64,000 bases of DNA, from assembly GCA_964016885.1 (NCBI GenBank), contig OZ024741.1:185318001-185382000 (forward strand). Direction: 5' to 3'. The notes below the pieces were generated by a model. That model saw only the letters and a list, made by a program, of their open reading frames with translations, ran no database searches and had not been told where the DNA came from. Position numbers and translations under genes: made by a program. The DNA comes from Eledone cirrhosa (Eukaryota). The stretch's first letter is position 1. Each line of letters opens with the position of its first letter. Positions 15,001 to 30,000 of the stretch are shown here, piece by piece.

Positions 15001-18000
15001 TTGATGTTGCTGTTCTAGTTGATATTGTTGTTATTGTTGATGTTGTTGCTATTGCTATTTTTTGTTGATGTTGCTGTTGATATTGGTGTTATTGTTGCTG
15101 TTGTTGATATTGCTGTTATTGTTGCTGTTGTTGATATTGTTGTTATTGTTGCTGTTGTTGTTGATACTGCTGTTATTGTTGTTGTTGTTAGTACTGTTAT
15201 TGTTGCTGTTGTTGTTGATATGGCTGTTATTGTTGCTGTTGTTGATATTGATGTTATTGTTACTGTTGTGATATTGCTGTTATTGAGGCTGTTGTTGATA
15301 TTGCTGTTATTGTTGCTGTTGTTGTTGATATTGATGTTATTGTTGATGTTGTTGATATGGCTGTTATTGTTGCTGTTGTTGATATTGCTGTTATTGTTGC
15401 TGTTGTTGATATTGCTGTTATTGTTGCTGTTGTGTTGATATTGCTGTTACTGTTGCTGTAGTTCATATTGTTGTTATTGATGCTGTTGTTGATATTGATG
15501 TTATTGTTGCTGTTGTTGATATTGCTGTTATTGTTGGTGTTGTTGATATTGTTGTTATTGTCGCTGTTGTGTTGATATTGCTGTTACTGTTACTGGTGTT
15601 GATTTTGCTGTTATTGATGCTGTTGTTAATATTGCTGTTATTGTTTATGTTGGTGTTGATATTGCTGTTATTGTTGCTGTTATTTTTGATATTGCTGTTA
15701 TTGTTGCTGTTGTTGATATTACTAATATTGATATTGTTGTTGTTGATATTGTTGTTATTGTGGCTGTTGTGGATATTGAAGTTATTGTTGCTGTTATTGA
15801 TATTGTTGTTATTGTTGCTGTTATTGTTGATATTGCTGTTACTGTTGCTGTTGTTGATATTGCTGTTATTGTTGCAGTTGTTGTTGTTGATATAGCTGTT
15901 ATTGTTGCTGTTGTTGTTGATATTGCTGTTATTGTTGCTGTTCTAGTTGATATTGTTATTAATGTTGCTGTTGTTGATATTGCTGTTTTTTGTTGATGTT
16001 GCTCTTGATATTGGTGTTATTGTTGCTGTTTTGATATTTCTGTTATTGTTGCTGTTGTTGATATTGCTGTTATTGTTGCTGTTGTTGATATTGTTGTTAT
16101 TGTTGCTGTTGTTGTTGATATTGTTGTTATCGTTGTTGTTGTTAGTACTGTTAATGTTGCTGTTGTTGTTGATATGGCTATTATCGTTGCTGTTGTTGAT
16201 ATTGATGTTATTGTTGCTGTTGTTGATATTGCTGTTATTGTTGCTGTGTTTCATATTACTCTTATTGTTGCTGTTGTTGATATTGCTGCTATTGTTGCTG
16301 TTGTTGATATTTCTGCTATTGTTGCTGTTGTTGATATTGTTGTTATTGTTGCTGTTGTTGATATTGCTGTTATTGTTTATGTTGGTGTTGATAGTGCTGT
16401 TATTGTTGCTGTTGTTGTTGATATTGATGTTATTGTTGATGTTGTTGATATGGCTGTTATTGTTGCTGTTGTTGATATTACTGTTATTGTTGCTGTTTTT
16501 GATATTGCTGTTATTGTTGCTGTTGTGTTGATATTGCTGGTACTATTACTGTTGTTGATATTGCTGTTATTGTTGCTGTTGTTTATATTGCTGTTATTGT
16601 TTATGTTGGTGTTGATATTGCTGTTATTGTTGCTGCTTTTTTTGATATTGCTGTTACTGTTGCTGTTGTTGATATTGCTGTTATTGTTGCTGTTGTTGAT
16701 ATTGCTGCTATTGTTGGTGTTGTTGATATTGCTGTTATTGTTGCTGACATTCTTGTTATTTTTGCTATTGTGTTGATATTGATGTTACTGTTACTGATGT
16801 TGATATTGCTGTTATTGATGCTGTTGTTGATATTGCTGTTATTGTTGCTGTTGTTGATATTGCTGTTATTGCTGCTGTTGTTGATATTGTTGTTATTGTT
16901 GCTGTTGTTGATATTGTTGTTATTGTTGCTGTTGTTGATATTGCTGTTATTGTTTATGTTGGTGTTGATATTGCTGTTATTGTTGCTGCTTTTTTTGATA
17001 TTGCTGTTACTGTTGCTGTAGTTGATATTGCTGCTATTGCTGCTGTTGTTGATATTGTTGTTATTGTTGCTGTTGTTGATATTGCTGTTATTGTTTATGT
17101 TGGTGTTGATATTGCTGTTATTGTTGCTGCTTTTTTTGATATTGCTGTTACTGTTGCTGTTGTTGATATTGCTGTTATTGTTGCTGTTGTTGATATTGCT
17201 GCTATTGTTGGTGTTGTTGATATTGCTGTTATTGTTGCTGACATTCTTGTTATTTTTGCTATTGTGTTGATATTGATGTTACTGTTACTGATGTTGATAT
17301 TGCTGTTATTGATGCTGTTGTTGATATTGCTGTTATTGTTGCTGTTGTTGATATTGCTGTTATTGCTGCTGTTGTTGATATTGTTGTTATTGTTGCTGTT
17401 GTTGATATTGCTGTTATTGTTTATGTTGGTGTTGATATTGCTGTTATTGTTGCTGCTTTTTTTGATATTGCTGTTACTGTTGCTGTTGTTGATATTGCTG
17501 TTATTGTTGCTTTTGTTGTTGATATTGCTTTTATTGTTGCTGTTGTTGATATTGCTGTTATTGTTGCTGTTGTTGTTAAAAATGCTGTCATTGTTGATGT
17601 TGTTAATGTTGATGTTACTGTTGCTGTAGTTGATATTGCTGTTATTGTTGCTGTTGTTGATATTGCTGCTATTGTTGCTGTTGTTGATATTGTTTTTATT
17701 GTTGCTGTCATTGTTGATATTACTGTTATTGTTGCTGTTGTTGATATTGCTGTTATTGTTGCTGTTGTTGTTGATATTGCTATTATTGATGCTGTTGTTG
17801 ATATTGCTGATATTGTCGCTGTTGTTGATATTGCTGTTATTGTTGCTGTTGTTGTTGATATTGTTGTTATTGTTGCTGTTGTTGATATTGCTGTTATTGA
17901 TGCTGTTGTTGTTGATATTGCTGTTATTGTTGCTGTTGTTGATATTGCTGTTATTGTTGCTGTGTTTCATATTACTCTTATTGTTGCTGTTGTTGATATT

Positions 18001-21000
18001 GCTGTTATTGTTGCTGTTGTTGATATTGTTGTTATTGTTGCTGTCATTGTTGATATTACTGTTATTGTTGCTGTTGTTGATATTGCTGCTATTGTTGCTG
18101 TTGTTGATATTGTTGTTATTGTTGCTGTCATTGTTGATATTGCTGTTAGTTTTGCTGTTGTTGTTGATATTGATGTTATTGTTGCTGTTGTTGATATTGC
18201 TGTTATTGTTGCTGTTGTTGATATTGCTGTTATTGTTGCTGTTGTTGATATTGATGTTATTGTTGCTGTTGTTGATATTGCTGTTATTGATGCTGTTGTT
18301 GATATTGCTGTTATTGATGCTGTTGTTGTTGATATTGCTGTTATTGTTGCTGTTGTTGATATTGATGTTATTGTTGCTGTTGTTGATATTGCTGTTGTCG
18401 TTGATGTTGTTGATATTGCTGTTATTGATGCTGTTGTTGATATCGCTATTATTGTTGCTGATGTTGATATTGCTGTTATTGTTGCTGTTGTTGATATTGC
18501 TGTTACTGTTACTTTTGTGGATATTGCTGTTATTGATGCTGTTGTTGTTGATATTGCTGTTATTGTTGCAGTTGTTGTTGATATTGCTGTTATTGTTGCT
18601 GTTGTTGATATTACTGTTATTGTTGCTGTGGTTGATATTGCTGCTATTGTTGCTGTTTTTTATATTGTTGTTATTGTTGCTGTTGTTGGTATTGCTGTTA
18701 TTGTTGCTGTTGTTGGTATTGCTGTTATTGTTGCTGTTGTTGATATTGCTGTTATTGTTGCTGTTGTTGGTATTGCTGTTATTGTTGTTGTTGTTGTTGA
18801 TACTGCTGTTATTGTTGCTGTCGTTGATATTGCTGTTATCGATGATGTTGTTCATATTGCTGTTATTGTTGCTGTTCTTGATACTGCTGTTATTGTTTCT
18901 GTTGTTGTTGATATTGCTGTTCTGATTGCTGTTGTTAATATTGTGGTTAGTATTGCTGTTATTGTTGCTGTAGTTGATATTGCTGTTATTGTTGCTGTTA
19001 TTGTTGATATTGTTGTTATTGTTGCTGTTGTTGATATTGCTGTTATCGATGATATTGTTCATATTGCTGTTATTGTTGCTGTTGTTGATATTGCTGCTAT
19101 TGTTGCTGTCGTTGATGATATTGCTGTTATTGTTGCTGTTGTTGATATTGCTGTTATTTTTGCTGTTGTTGATATTGCTGTTATTGTTGCTTTTGTTGTT
19201 GATATTGCTTTTATTGTTGCTGTTGTTCATATTGCTGTTATTGTTGCTGTTGTTGTTAAAAATGCTGTTATTGTTGATGTTGTTAATGTTGATGTTACTC
19301 TTGCTGTAGTTGATATTGCTGTTATTGTTGCTGTTGTTGATATTGCTGCTATTGTTGCTGTTGTTGATATTGTTATTATTGTTGCTGTCATTGTTGATAT
19401 TACTGTTATTGTTGCTGTTGTTGATATTGCTGTTATTGTTGCTGTTGTTGTTGATATTGCTGTTATTGATGCTGTTGTTGATATTGCTGATATTGTCGCT
19501 GTTGTTGATATTGCTGTTATTGTTGCTGTTGTTGTTGTTGATATTGTTGTTATTGTTGCTGTTGTTGATATTGCTGTTATTGATGCTGTTGTTGTTGATA
19601 TTGCTGTTATTGTTGCTGTTGTTGATATTGCTGTTATTGTTTATGTTGGTGTTGATAGTGCTGTTATTGTTGCTGTTGTTGTTGATATTGATGTTATTGT
19701 TGATGTTGTTGATATGGCTGTTATTGTTGCTGTTGTTGATATTACTGTTATTGTTGCTGTTGTTGATATTGCTGTTATTGTTGCTGTTGTGTTGATATTG
19801 CTGTTATTGTTGCTGTTGTTGAAATTGCTGTTATTGTTGCTGTTATTTTTGATATAGTTGTTATTGTTGCTGTTGTTGATATTGCTGTTATTGTTGCTGT
19901 TGTTGATATTGCTGTTATTGCTGCTGTTGTTGATATTGTTGTTATTGTTGCTGTTGTTGATATTGCTGTTATTGTTGCTGTTGTTGATATTGCTGTTATT
20001 GTTGCTGTTGTTGATATTGATGTTATTGTTGCTGTTGTTGATATTGCTGTTGTTGTTGATGTTGTTGATATTGCTGTTATTGATGCTGTTGTTGATATCG
20101 CTATTATTGTTGCTGATGTTGATATTGCTGTTATTGTTGCTGTTGTTGATATTGCTGTTACTGTTACTTTTGTGGATATTGCTGTTATTGATGCTGTTGT
20201 TGTTGATATTGCTGTTATTGTTGCAGTTGTTGTTGATATTGCTGTTATTGTTGCTGTTGTTGATATTACTGTTATTGTTGCTGTGGTTGATATTGCTGCT
20301 ATTGTTGCTGTTTTTGATATTGTTGTTATTGTTGCTGTTGTTGGTATTGCTGTTATTGATGCTGTTGTTGGTATTGCTGTTATTGTTGCTGTTGTTGATA
20401 TTGCTGTTATTGTTGCTGTTGTTGGTATTGCTGTTATTGTTGCTGTTGTTGTTGATATTGCTGTTATTGTTGCTGTCGTTGATATTGCTGTTATCGATGA
20501 TGTTGTTCATATTGCTGTTATTGTTGCTGTTCTTGATATTGCTGTTATTGTTTCTGTTGTTGTTGATATTGCTGTTCTGATTGCTGTTGTTAATATTGCT
20601 GTTAGTATTGCTGTTATTGTTGCTGTAGTTGATATTGCTGTTATTGTTGCTGTTATTGTTGATATTGCTGTTATTGTTGCTGTTGTTGATATTGCTGTTA
20701 TCGATGATATTGTCCATATTGCTGTTATTGTTGCTGTTGTTGATATTGCTGCTATTGTTGCTGTCGTTGATGATATTGCTGTTATTGTTGCTGTTGTTGA
20801 TATTGCTGTTATTTTTGCTGTTGTTGATATTGCTGTTATTGTTGCTTTTGTTGTTGATATTGCTTTTATTGTTGCTGTTGTTGATATTGCTGTTATTGTT
20901 GCTGTTGTTGTTAAAAATGCTGTTATTGTTGATGTTGTTAATGTTGATGTTACTCTTGCTGTAGTTGATATTGCTGTTATTGTTGCTGTTGTTGATATTG

Positions 21001-24000
21001 CTGCTATTGTTGCTGTTGTTGATATTGTTATTATTGTTGCTGTCATTGTTGATATTACTGTTATTGTTGCTGTTGTTGATATTGCTGTTATTGTTGCTGT
21101 TGTTGTTGATATTGCTGTTATTGATGCTGTTGTTGATATTGCTGATATTGTCGCTGTTGTTGATATTGCTGTTATTGTTGCTGTTGTTGTTGTTGATATT
21201 GTTGTTATTGTTGCTGTTGTTGATATTGCTGTTATTGATGCTGTTGTTGTTGATGTTGCTGTTATTGTTGCTGTTGTTGATATTGCTGTTATTGTTTATG
21301 TTGGGGTTGATAGTGCTGTTATTGATGCTGTTGTTGTTGATATTGATGTTATTGTTGATGTTGTTGATATGGCTGTTATTGTTGCTGTTGTTGATATTAC
21401 TGTTATTGTTGCTGTTGTTGATATTGCTGTTATTGTTGCTGCTGTGTTGATATTGCTGTTACTGTTACTGTTGTTGATATTGCTGTTATTGTTGCTGTTG
21501 TTTATATTGTTGTTATTGTTTATGTTGGTGTTGATATTGCTGTTATTGTTGCTGCTTTTTTTGATATTGCTGTTACTGTTGCTGTTGTTGATATTGCTGT
21601 TATTGATGCTGTTGTTGATATTGCTGTTATTGTTGCTGTTGTTGAAATTGCTGTTATTGTTGCTGTTATTTTTGATATTGTTGTTATTGTTGCTGTTGTT
21701 GATATTGCTGTTATTGTTGCTGTTGTTGATATTGCTGTTATTGCTGCTGTTGTTGATATTGTTGTTATTGTTGCTGTTGTTGATATTGCTGTTATTGTTG
21801 CTGTTGTTGATATTGCTGTTATTGTTGCTGTTGTTGATATTGATGTTATTGTTGCTGTTGTTGATATTGCTGTTATTGATGCTGTTGTTGATATTGCTGT
21901 TATTGATGCTGTTGTTGTTGATATTGCTGTTATTGCTGCTGTTATTGTTGATATTGCTGTTATTGTTGCTGTTGTTGATATTGATGTTATTGTTGCTGTT
22001 GTTGATATTGCTGTTGTTGTTGATGTTGTTGATATTGCTGTTATTGATGCTGTTGTTGATATCGCTATTATTGTTGCTGATGTTGATATTGCTGTTACTG
22101 TTACTTTTGTGGATATTGCTATTATTGATGCTGTTGTTGTTGATATTGCTGTTATTGTTGCAGTTGTTGTTGATATTGCTGTTATTGTTGCTGTTGTTGA
22201 TATTACTGTTATTGTTGCTGTGGTTGATATTGTTGCTATTGTTGCTGTTTTTGATATTGTTGTTATTGTTGCTGTTGTTGGTATTGCTGGTATTGTTGCT
22301 GTTGTTGGTATTGCTGTTATTGTTGCTGTTGTTGATATTGCTGTTATTGTTGCTGTTGTTGGTATTGCTGTTATTGTTGCTGTTGTTGTTGATATTGCTG
22401 TTATTGTTGCTGTCGTTAATATTGCTGTTATCGATGATGTTGTTCATATTGCTGTTATTGTTGCTGTTGTTGATACTGCTGTTATTGTTTCTGTTGTTGT
22501 TGATATTGCTGTTCTTATTGCTGTTGTTAATATTGCTGTTAGTATTGCTGTTGTTGTTGCTGTAGTTGATATTGCTGTTATTGTTGCTGTTATTGTTGAT
22601 ATTGCTGTTATTGTTGCTGTTGTTAATATTGCTGTTATCGATGATATTGTTCATATTGCTGTTATTGTTGCTGTTGTTGATATTGCTGTTATTGTTGCTG
22701 TCGTTGATGATATTGCTGTTATTGTTGCAGTTGTTTATATTGCTGTTATTTTTGCTGTTGTTGATATTGCTGTTATTGTTGATGTTGGTGTTGATATAGC
22801 TGTTATTGTTGCTGTTGTTGTTATGGCTGTTATTGTTGCTGTTGTTGATATTACTGTTATTGTTGCTGTTGTTGTTATTGCTGTTATTGTTGCTGTTGTT
22901 GATATTGCTGTTATTGTTGCTGTTGTTGATATTGCTGTTATTGTTGCTGTTGTTGATATTGCTGTTATTGTTGATGTTGGTGTTGATATTGCTGTTATTG
23001 TTGCTGTTTTTGATATTGCTGTTATTGTTGCTGTTGTTAGTATCGCTGTTATTGTTGCTTTTGTTGTTGATATTGCTTTTATTGTTGCTGTTGTTGATAT
23101 TGCTGTTATTGTTGCTGTTGTTGTTAAAAATGATGTTATTGTTGATGTTGTTAATGTTGATGTTACTCTTGCTGTAGTTGATATTGCTGTTATTGTTGCT
23201 GTTGTTGATATTTCTGCTATTGTTGCTGTTGTTGATATTGTTATTATTGTTGCTGTCATTGTTGATATTACTGTTATTGTTGCTGTTGTTGATATTGCTG
23301 TTATTGTTGCTGTTGTTGTTGATATTGCTGTTATTGATGCTGTTGTTGATATTGCTGATATTGTCGCTGTTGTTGATATTGCTGTTATTGTTGCTGTTGT
23401 TGTTGATATTGTTGTTATTGTTGCTGTTGTTGATATTGCTGTTATTGATGCTGTTGTTGTTGATATTGCTGTTATTGTTGCTGTTGTTGATATTGCTGTT
23501 ATTGTTTATGTTGTTGTTGATATTGCTGTTATTGTTGCTGTTGTTGTTGATATTGATGTTATTGTTGATGTTGTTGATATGGCTGTTATTGTTGCTGTTG
23601 TTGATATTACTGTTATTGTTGCTGTTGTTGATATTGCTGTTATTGTTGCTGTTGTGTTGATATTGCTGTTACTGTTACTGTTGTTGATATTGCTGTTATT
23701 GTTGCTGTTGTTTATATTGCTGTTATTGTTTATGTTGGTGTTGATATTGCTGTTATTGTTGCTGCTTTTTTTGATATTGCTGTTACTGTTGCTGTTGTTG
23801 ATATTGCTGTTATTGATGCTGTTGTTGATATTGCTGTTATTGTTGCTGTTGTTGAAATTGCTGTTATTGTTGCTCTTATTTTTGATATTGCTGTTATTGT
23901 TGCTGTTGTTGATATTGCTGTTATTGTTGCTGTTGTTGATATTGCTGTTATTGCTGCTGTTGTTGATATTGTTGTTATTGTTGCTGTTGTTGATATTGCT

Positions 24001-27000
24001 GTTATTGTTGCTGTTGTTGATATTGCTGTTATTGTTGCTGCTTTTTTTGATATTGCTGTTACTGTTGCTGTTGTTGATATTGCTGTTATTGTTGCTGTTG
24101 TTGATATTGCTGCTATTGTTGATGTTGTTGATATTGCTGTTATTGTTGCTGACATTCTTGTTATTTTTGCTATTGTGTTGATATTGATGTTACTGTTACT
24201 GATGTTGTTATTGCTGTTATTGTTGCTTTTGTTGTTGATATTGCTTTTATTGTTGCTGTTGTTGATATTGCTGTTATTGTTGCTGTTGTTGTTAAAAATG
24301 CTGTTATTGTTGATGTTGTTAATGTTGATGTTACTGTTGCTGTAGTTGATATTGCTGTTATTGTTGCTGTTGTTGATATTGCTGCTATTGTTGCTGTTGT
24401 TGATATTGTTATTATTGTTGCTGTCATTGTTGATATTACTGTTATTGTTGCTGTTGTTGATATTGCTGTTATTGTTGCTGTTGTTGTTGATATTGCTGTT
24501 ATTGATGCTGTTGTTGTTGATATGGCTGTTATTGTTGCTGTTGTTGATATTGCTGTTATTGTTGCTGTGTTTCATATTACTCTTATTGTTGCTGTTGTTG
24601 ATATTGCTGTTATTGTTGCTGTTGTTTATATTGTTGTTATTGTTGCTGTCATTGTTGATATTACTGTTATTGTTGCTGTTGTTGATATTGCTGCTATTGT
24701 TGCTGTTGTTGATATTGTTCTTATTGTTGCTGTCATTGTTGATATTACTGTTATTGTTGCTGTTGTTGATATTGCTGTTATTGTTGCTGTTGTTGTTGAT
24801 ATTACTGTTATTGTTGCTGTTGTTGATATTGCTGTTATTGATGCTGTTGTTGATATTGTTGTTATTGTTGCTGTTGTTGATATTTCTGCTATTGTTGCTG
24901 TTGTTGATATTGGTGTTATTGTTGCTGTTGTTGATATTGTTGTTATTGTTGCCGTTGTTGATATTGCTGTTATTTTTGCTGTTGTTGTTGATATTGATGT
25001 TATTGTTGCTGTTGTTGATATTGCTGTTATTGTTGCTGTTGTTGATATTGCTGTTATTGATGCTGTTGTTTGATATTGCTGTTATTGATGCTGTTGTTGT
25101 TGATATTGCTGTTATTGTTGCTGTTATTGTTGATATTGATGTTATTGTTGCTGTTGTTGATATTGCTGTTGTTGTTGATGTTGTTGATATTGCTGTTATT
25201 GATGCTGTTGTTGATATCGCTATTATTGTTGCTGTAGTTGATATTGCTGTTATTGTTGCTGTTGTTGATATTGCTGTTACTGTTACTTTTGTGGATATTG
25301 CTGTTATTGATGCTGTTGTTGTTGATATTGCTGTTATTGTTGCAGTTGTTGTTGATATTGCTGTTATTGTTGCTGTTGTTGATATTACTGTTATTGTTGC
25401 TGTGGTTGATATTGCTGCTATTGTTGCTGTTGTTGTTGATATTACTGTTATTGTTGCTGTTGTTGATATTGCTGCTATTGTTGCTGTTGTTGATATTGCT
25501 GCTATTGTTGCTGTTTTGGATACTGCTGTTATTGTTGCTGTTGTTGGTATTGCTGTTATTGTTGCTGTTGTTGGTATTGCTGTTATTGTTGCTGTTGTTG
25601 TTGATATTGCTGTTATTGTTGCTGTCGTTGATATTGCTGTTATCGATGATGTTGTTCATATTGCTGTTATTGTTGCTGTTGTTGATACTGGTGTTATTGT
25701 TTCTGTTGTTGTTGATATTGCTGTTCTTATTGCTGTTGTTAATATTGCTGTTAGTATTGCTGTTATTGTTGCTGTAGTTGATATTGCTGTTATTGTTGCT
25801 GTTATTGTTGATATTGCTGTTATTGTTGCTGTTGTAGATATTGCTGTTATCGATGATGTTGTTCATATTGCTGTTATTGTTGCTGTTGTTGATATTGCTG
25901 CTATTGTTGCTGTCGTTGATGATATTGCTGTTATTGTTGCTGTTGTTGATATTGCTGTTATTTTTGCTGTTGTTGATATTGCTGTTATTGTTGATGTTGG
26001 TGTTGATATTGCTGTTATTGTTGCTGTTGTTGATATGACTGTTATTGTTGCTGTTGTTGATATTACTGTTATTGTTGCTGTTGTTGATATTGCTGTTATT
26101 GTTGCTGTTGTGTTGATATTGCTGTTACTGTTACTGTTGTTGATATTGCTGTTATTGTTGCTGTTGTTTATATTGCTGTTATTGTTTATGTTGGTGTTGA
26201 TATTGCTGTTATTGTTGCTGCTTTTTTTGATATTGCTGTTACTGTTGCTGTTGTTGATATTGCTGTTATTGATGCTGTTGTTGATATTGCTGTTATTGTT
26301 GGTGTTGTTGAAATTGCTGTTATTGTTGCTCTTATTTTTGATATTGCTGTTATTGTTGCTGTTGTTGATATTGCTGTTATTGCTGCTGTTGTTGATATTG
26401 TTGTTATTGTTGCTGTTGTTGATATTTCTGTTATTGTTGCTGTTGTTGATATTGCTGTTATTGTTGCTGCTTTTTTTGATATTGCTGTTACTGTTGCTGT
26501 TGTTGATATTGCTGTTATTGTTGCTGTTGTTGATATTGCTGCTATTGTTGATGTTGTTGATATTGCTGTTATTGTTGCTGTGTTTCATATTACTCTTATT
26601 GTTGCTGTTGTTGATATTGCTGTTATTGTTGCTGTTGTTTATATTGTTGTTATTGTTGCTGTCATTGTTGATATTACTGTTATTGTTGCTGTTGTTGATA
26701 TTGCTGCTATTGTTGCTGTTGTTGATATTGTTGTTATTGTTGCTGTCATTGTTGATATTACTGTTATTGTTGCTGTTGTTGATATTGCTGTTATTGTTGC
26801 TGTTGTTGATATTGCTGTTATTGTTGCTGTTGTTGTTGATATTACTGTTATTGTTGCTGTTGTTGATATTGCTGCTATTGTTGCTGTTATTGATATTGTT
26901 GTTATTGTTGCTGTTGTTGATATTTCTACTATTGTTGCTGTTGTTGACATTGGTGTTATTGTTGCTGTTGTTGATATTGTTGTTATTGTTGCCGTTGTTG

Positions 27001-30000
27001 ATATTGCTGTTATTTTTGCTGTTGTTGTTGATATTGATGTTATTGTTGCTGTTGTTGATATTGCTGTTATTGTTGCTGTTGTTGATATTGCTGTTATTGT
27101 TGCTGTTGTTGATATTGATGTTATTGTTGCTGTTGTTGATATTGCTGTTATTGATGCTGTTGTTTGATATTGCTGTTATTGATGCTGTTGTTGTTGATAT
27201 TGCTGTTATTGTTGCTGTTATTGTTGATATTGATGTTATTGTTGCTGTTGTTGATATTGCTGTTGTTGTTGATGTTGTTGATATTGCTGTTATTGATGCT
27301 GTTGTTGATATTGCTGTTATTGTTGCTGATGTGATATTGCTGTTATTGTTGCTGTTGTTGATATTGCTGTTACTGTTAATTTTGTGGATATTGCTGTTAT
27401 TGATGCTGTTGTTGTTGATATTGCTGTTATTGTTGCAGTTGTTGTTGATATTGCTGTTATTGTTGCTGTTGTTGATATTACTGTTATTGTTGCTGTGGTT
27501 GATATTGCTGCTATTGTTGCTGTTTTGGATACTGCTGTTATTGTTGCTGTTGTTGGTATTGCTGTTATTGTTGCTGTTGTTGGTATTGCTGTTATTGTTG
27601 CTGTTGTTGATATTGCTGTTATTGTTGCTGTTGTTGGTATTGCTGTTATTGTTGCTGTTGTTGTTGATATTGCTGTTATTGTTGCTGTCGTTGATATTGC
27701 TGTTATCGATGATGTTGTTCATATTGCTGTTATTGTTGCTGTTGTTGATACTGGTGTTATTGTTTCTGTTGTTGTTGATATTGCTGTTCTTATTGCTGTT
27801 GTTAATATTGCTGTTAGTATTGCTGTTATTGTTGCTGTAGTTGATATTGCTGTTATTGTTGCTGTTATTGTTGATATTGCTGTTATTGTTGCTGTTGTAG
27901 ATATTGCTGTTATCGATGATGTTGTTCATATTGCTGTTATTGTTGCTGTTGTTGATATTGCTGCTATTGTTGCTGTCGTTGATGATATTGCTGTTATTGT
28001 TGCTGTTGTTGATATTGCTGTTATTTTTGCTGTTGTTGATATTGCTGTTATTGTTGATGTTGGTGTTGATATTGCTGTTATTGTTGCTGTTTTTGATATT
28101 GCTGTTATTGTTGCTGTTGTTAGTATTGCTGTTATTGTTGCTTTTGTTGTTGATATTGCTTTTATTGTTGCTGTTGTTGATATTGCTGTTATTGTTGCTG
28201 TTGTTGTTAAAAGTGCTGTTATTGTTGATGTTGTTAATGTTGATGTTACTCTTGCTGTAGTTGATATTGCTGTTATTGTTGCTGTTGTTGATATTGCTGC
28301 TATTGTTGCTGTTGTTGATATTGTTATTATTGTTGCTGTCATTGTTGATATTACTGTTATTGTTGCTGTTGTTGATATTGCTGTTATTGATGCTGTTGTT
28401 GATATTGCTGATATTGTCGCTGTTGTTGATATTGCTGTTATTGTTGCTGTTGTTGTTGATATTGTTGTTATTGTTGCTGTTGTTGATATTGCTGTTATTG
28501 ATGCTGTTGTTGTTGATATTGCTGTTATTGTTGTTGTTGTTGATATTGCTGTTATTGTTGCTGTGTTTCATATTACTCTTATTGTTGCTGTTGTTGATAT
28601 TGCTGTTATTGTTGCTGTTGTTGATATTGTTGTTATTGTTGCTGTCATTGTTGATATTACTGTTATTGTTGCTGTTGTTGATATTGCTGCTATTGTTGCT
28701 GTTGTTGATATTGTTGTTATTGTTGCTGTCATTGTTGATATTACTGTTATTGTTGCTGTTGTTGATATTGCTGTTATTGTTGCTGTTGTTGATACTGCTG
28801 TTATTGTTTCTGTTGTTGTTGATATTGCTGTTGTTATTGCTGTTGTTAATATTGCTGTTAGTATTGCTGTTATTGTTGCTGTAGTTGATATTGCTGTTAT
28901 TGTTGATATTGCTGTTATTGTTGTTGTTGTTGATATTGCTGTTATCGATGATGTTGTTCATATTGCTGTTATTGTTGCTGTTGTTGATGTTGCTGCTATT
29001 GTTGCTGTCGTTGATGATATTGCTGTTATTGTTGCTGTTGTTGATATTTCTGTTATTTTTGCTGTTGTTGATATTGCTGTTATTGTTGATGTTGGTGTTG
29101 ATATTGCTGTTATTGTTGCTGTTTTTGATATTGCTGTTATTGTTGCTGTTGTTAGTATTGCTGTTATTGTTGCTTTTGTTGTTGATATTGCTTTTATTGT
29201 TGCTGTTGTTGATATTGCTGTTATTGTTGCTGTTGTTGTTAAAAATGCTGTTATTGTTGATGTTGTTAATGTTGATGTTACTCTTGCTGTAGTTGATATT
29301 GCTGTTATTGTTGCTGTTGTTGATATTGCTGCTATTGTTGCTGTTGTTGATATTGTTATTATTGTTGCTGTCATTGTTGATATTACTGTTGTTGATATTG
29401 CTGTTATTGTTGCTGTTGTTGTTGATATTGCTGTTATTGATGCTGTTGTTGATGTTGCTGATATTGTCGCTGTTGTTGATATTGCTGTTATTGTTGCTGT
29501 TGTTGTTGATATTGTTGTTATTGTTGCTGTTGTTGATATTGCTGTTATTGATGCTGTTGTTGTTGATATTGCTGTTATTGTTGCTGTTGTTGATATTGCT
29601 GTTATTGTTGCTGTGTTTCATATTACTCTTATTGTTGCTGTTGTTGATATTGTTGTTATTGTTGCTGTCATTGTTGATATTACTGTTATTGTTGCTGTTG
29701 TTGATATTGCTGCTATTGTTGCTGTTGTTGATAATGTTGTTATTGTTGCTGTCATTGTTGATATTACTGTTATTGTTGCTGTTGATGATATTGCTGTTAT
29801 TGTTGCTGTTGTTGATATTGCTGTTATTGTTGCTGTTGTTGATATTGCTGTTATTGTTGCTGTTGTTGTTGATATGGCTGTTATTGTTGCTGTTGTTGAT
29901 ATGGCTGTTATTGTTGCTGTTGTTGATATTGCTGCTATTGTTGCTGTTATTGATATTGTTGTTATTGTTGCTGTTGTTGATATTTCTGCTATTGTTGCTG

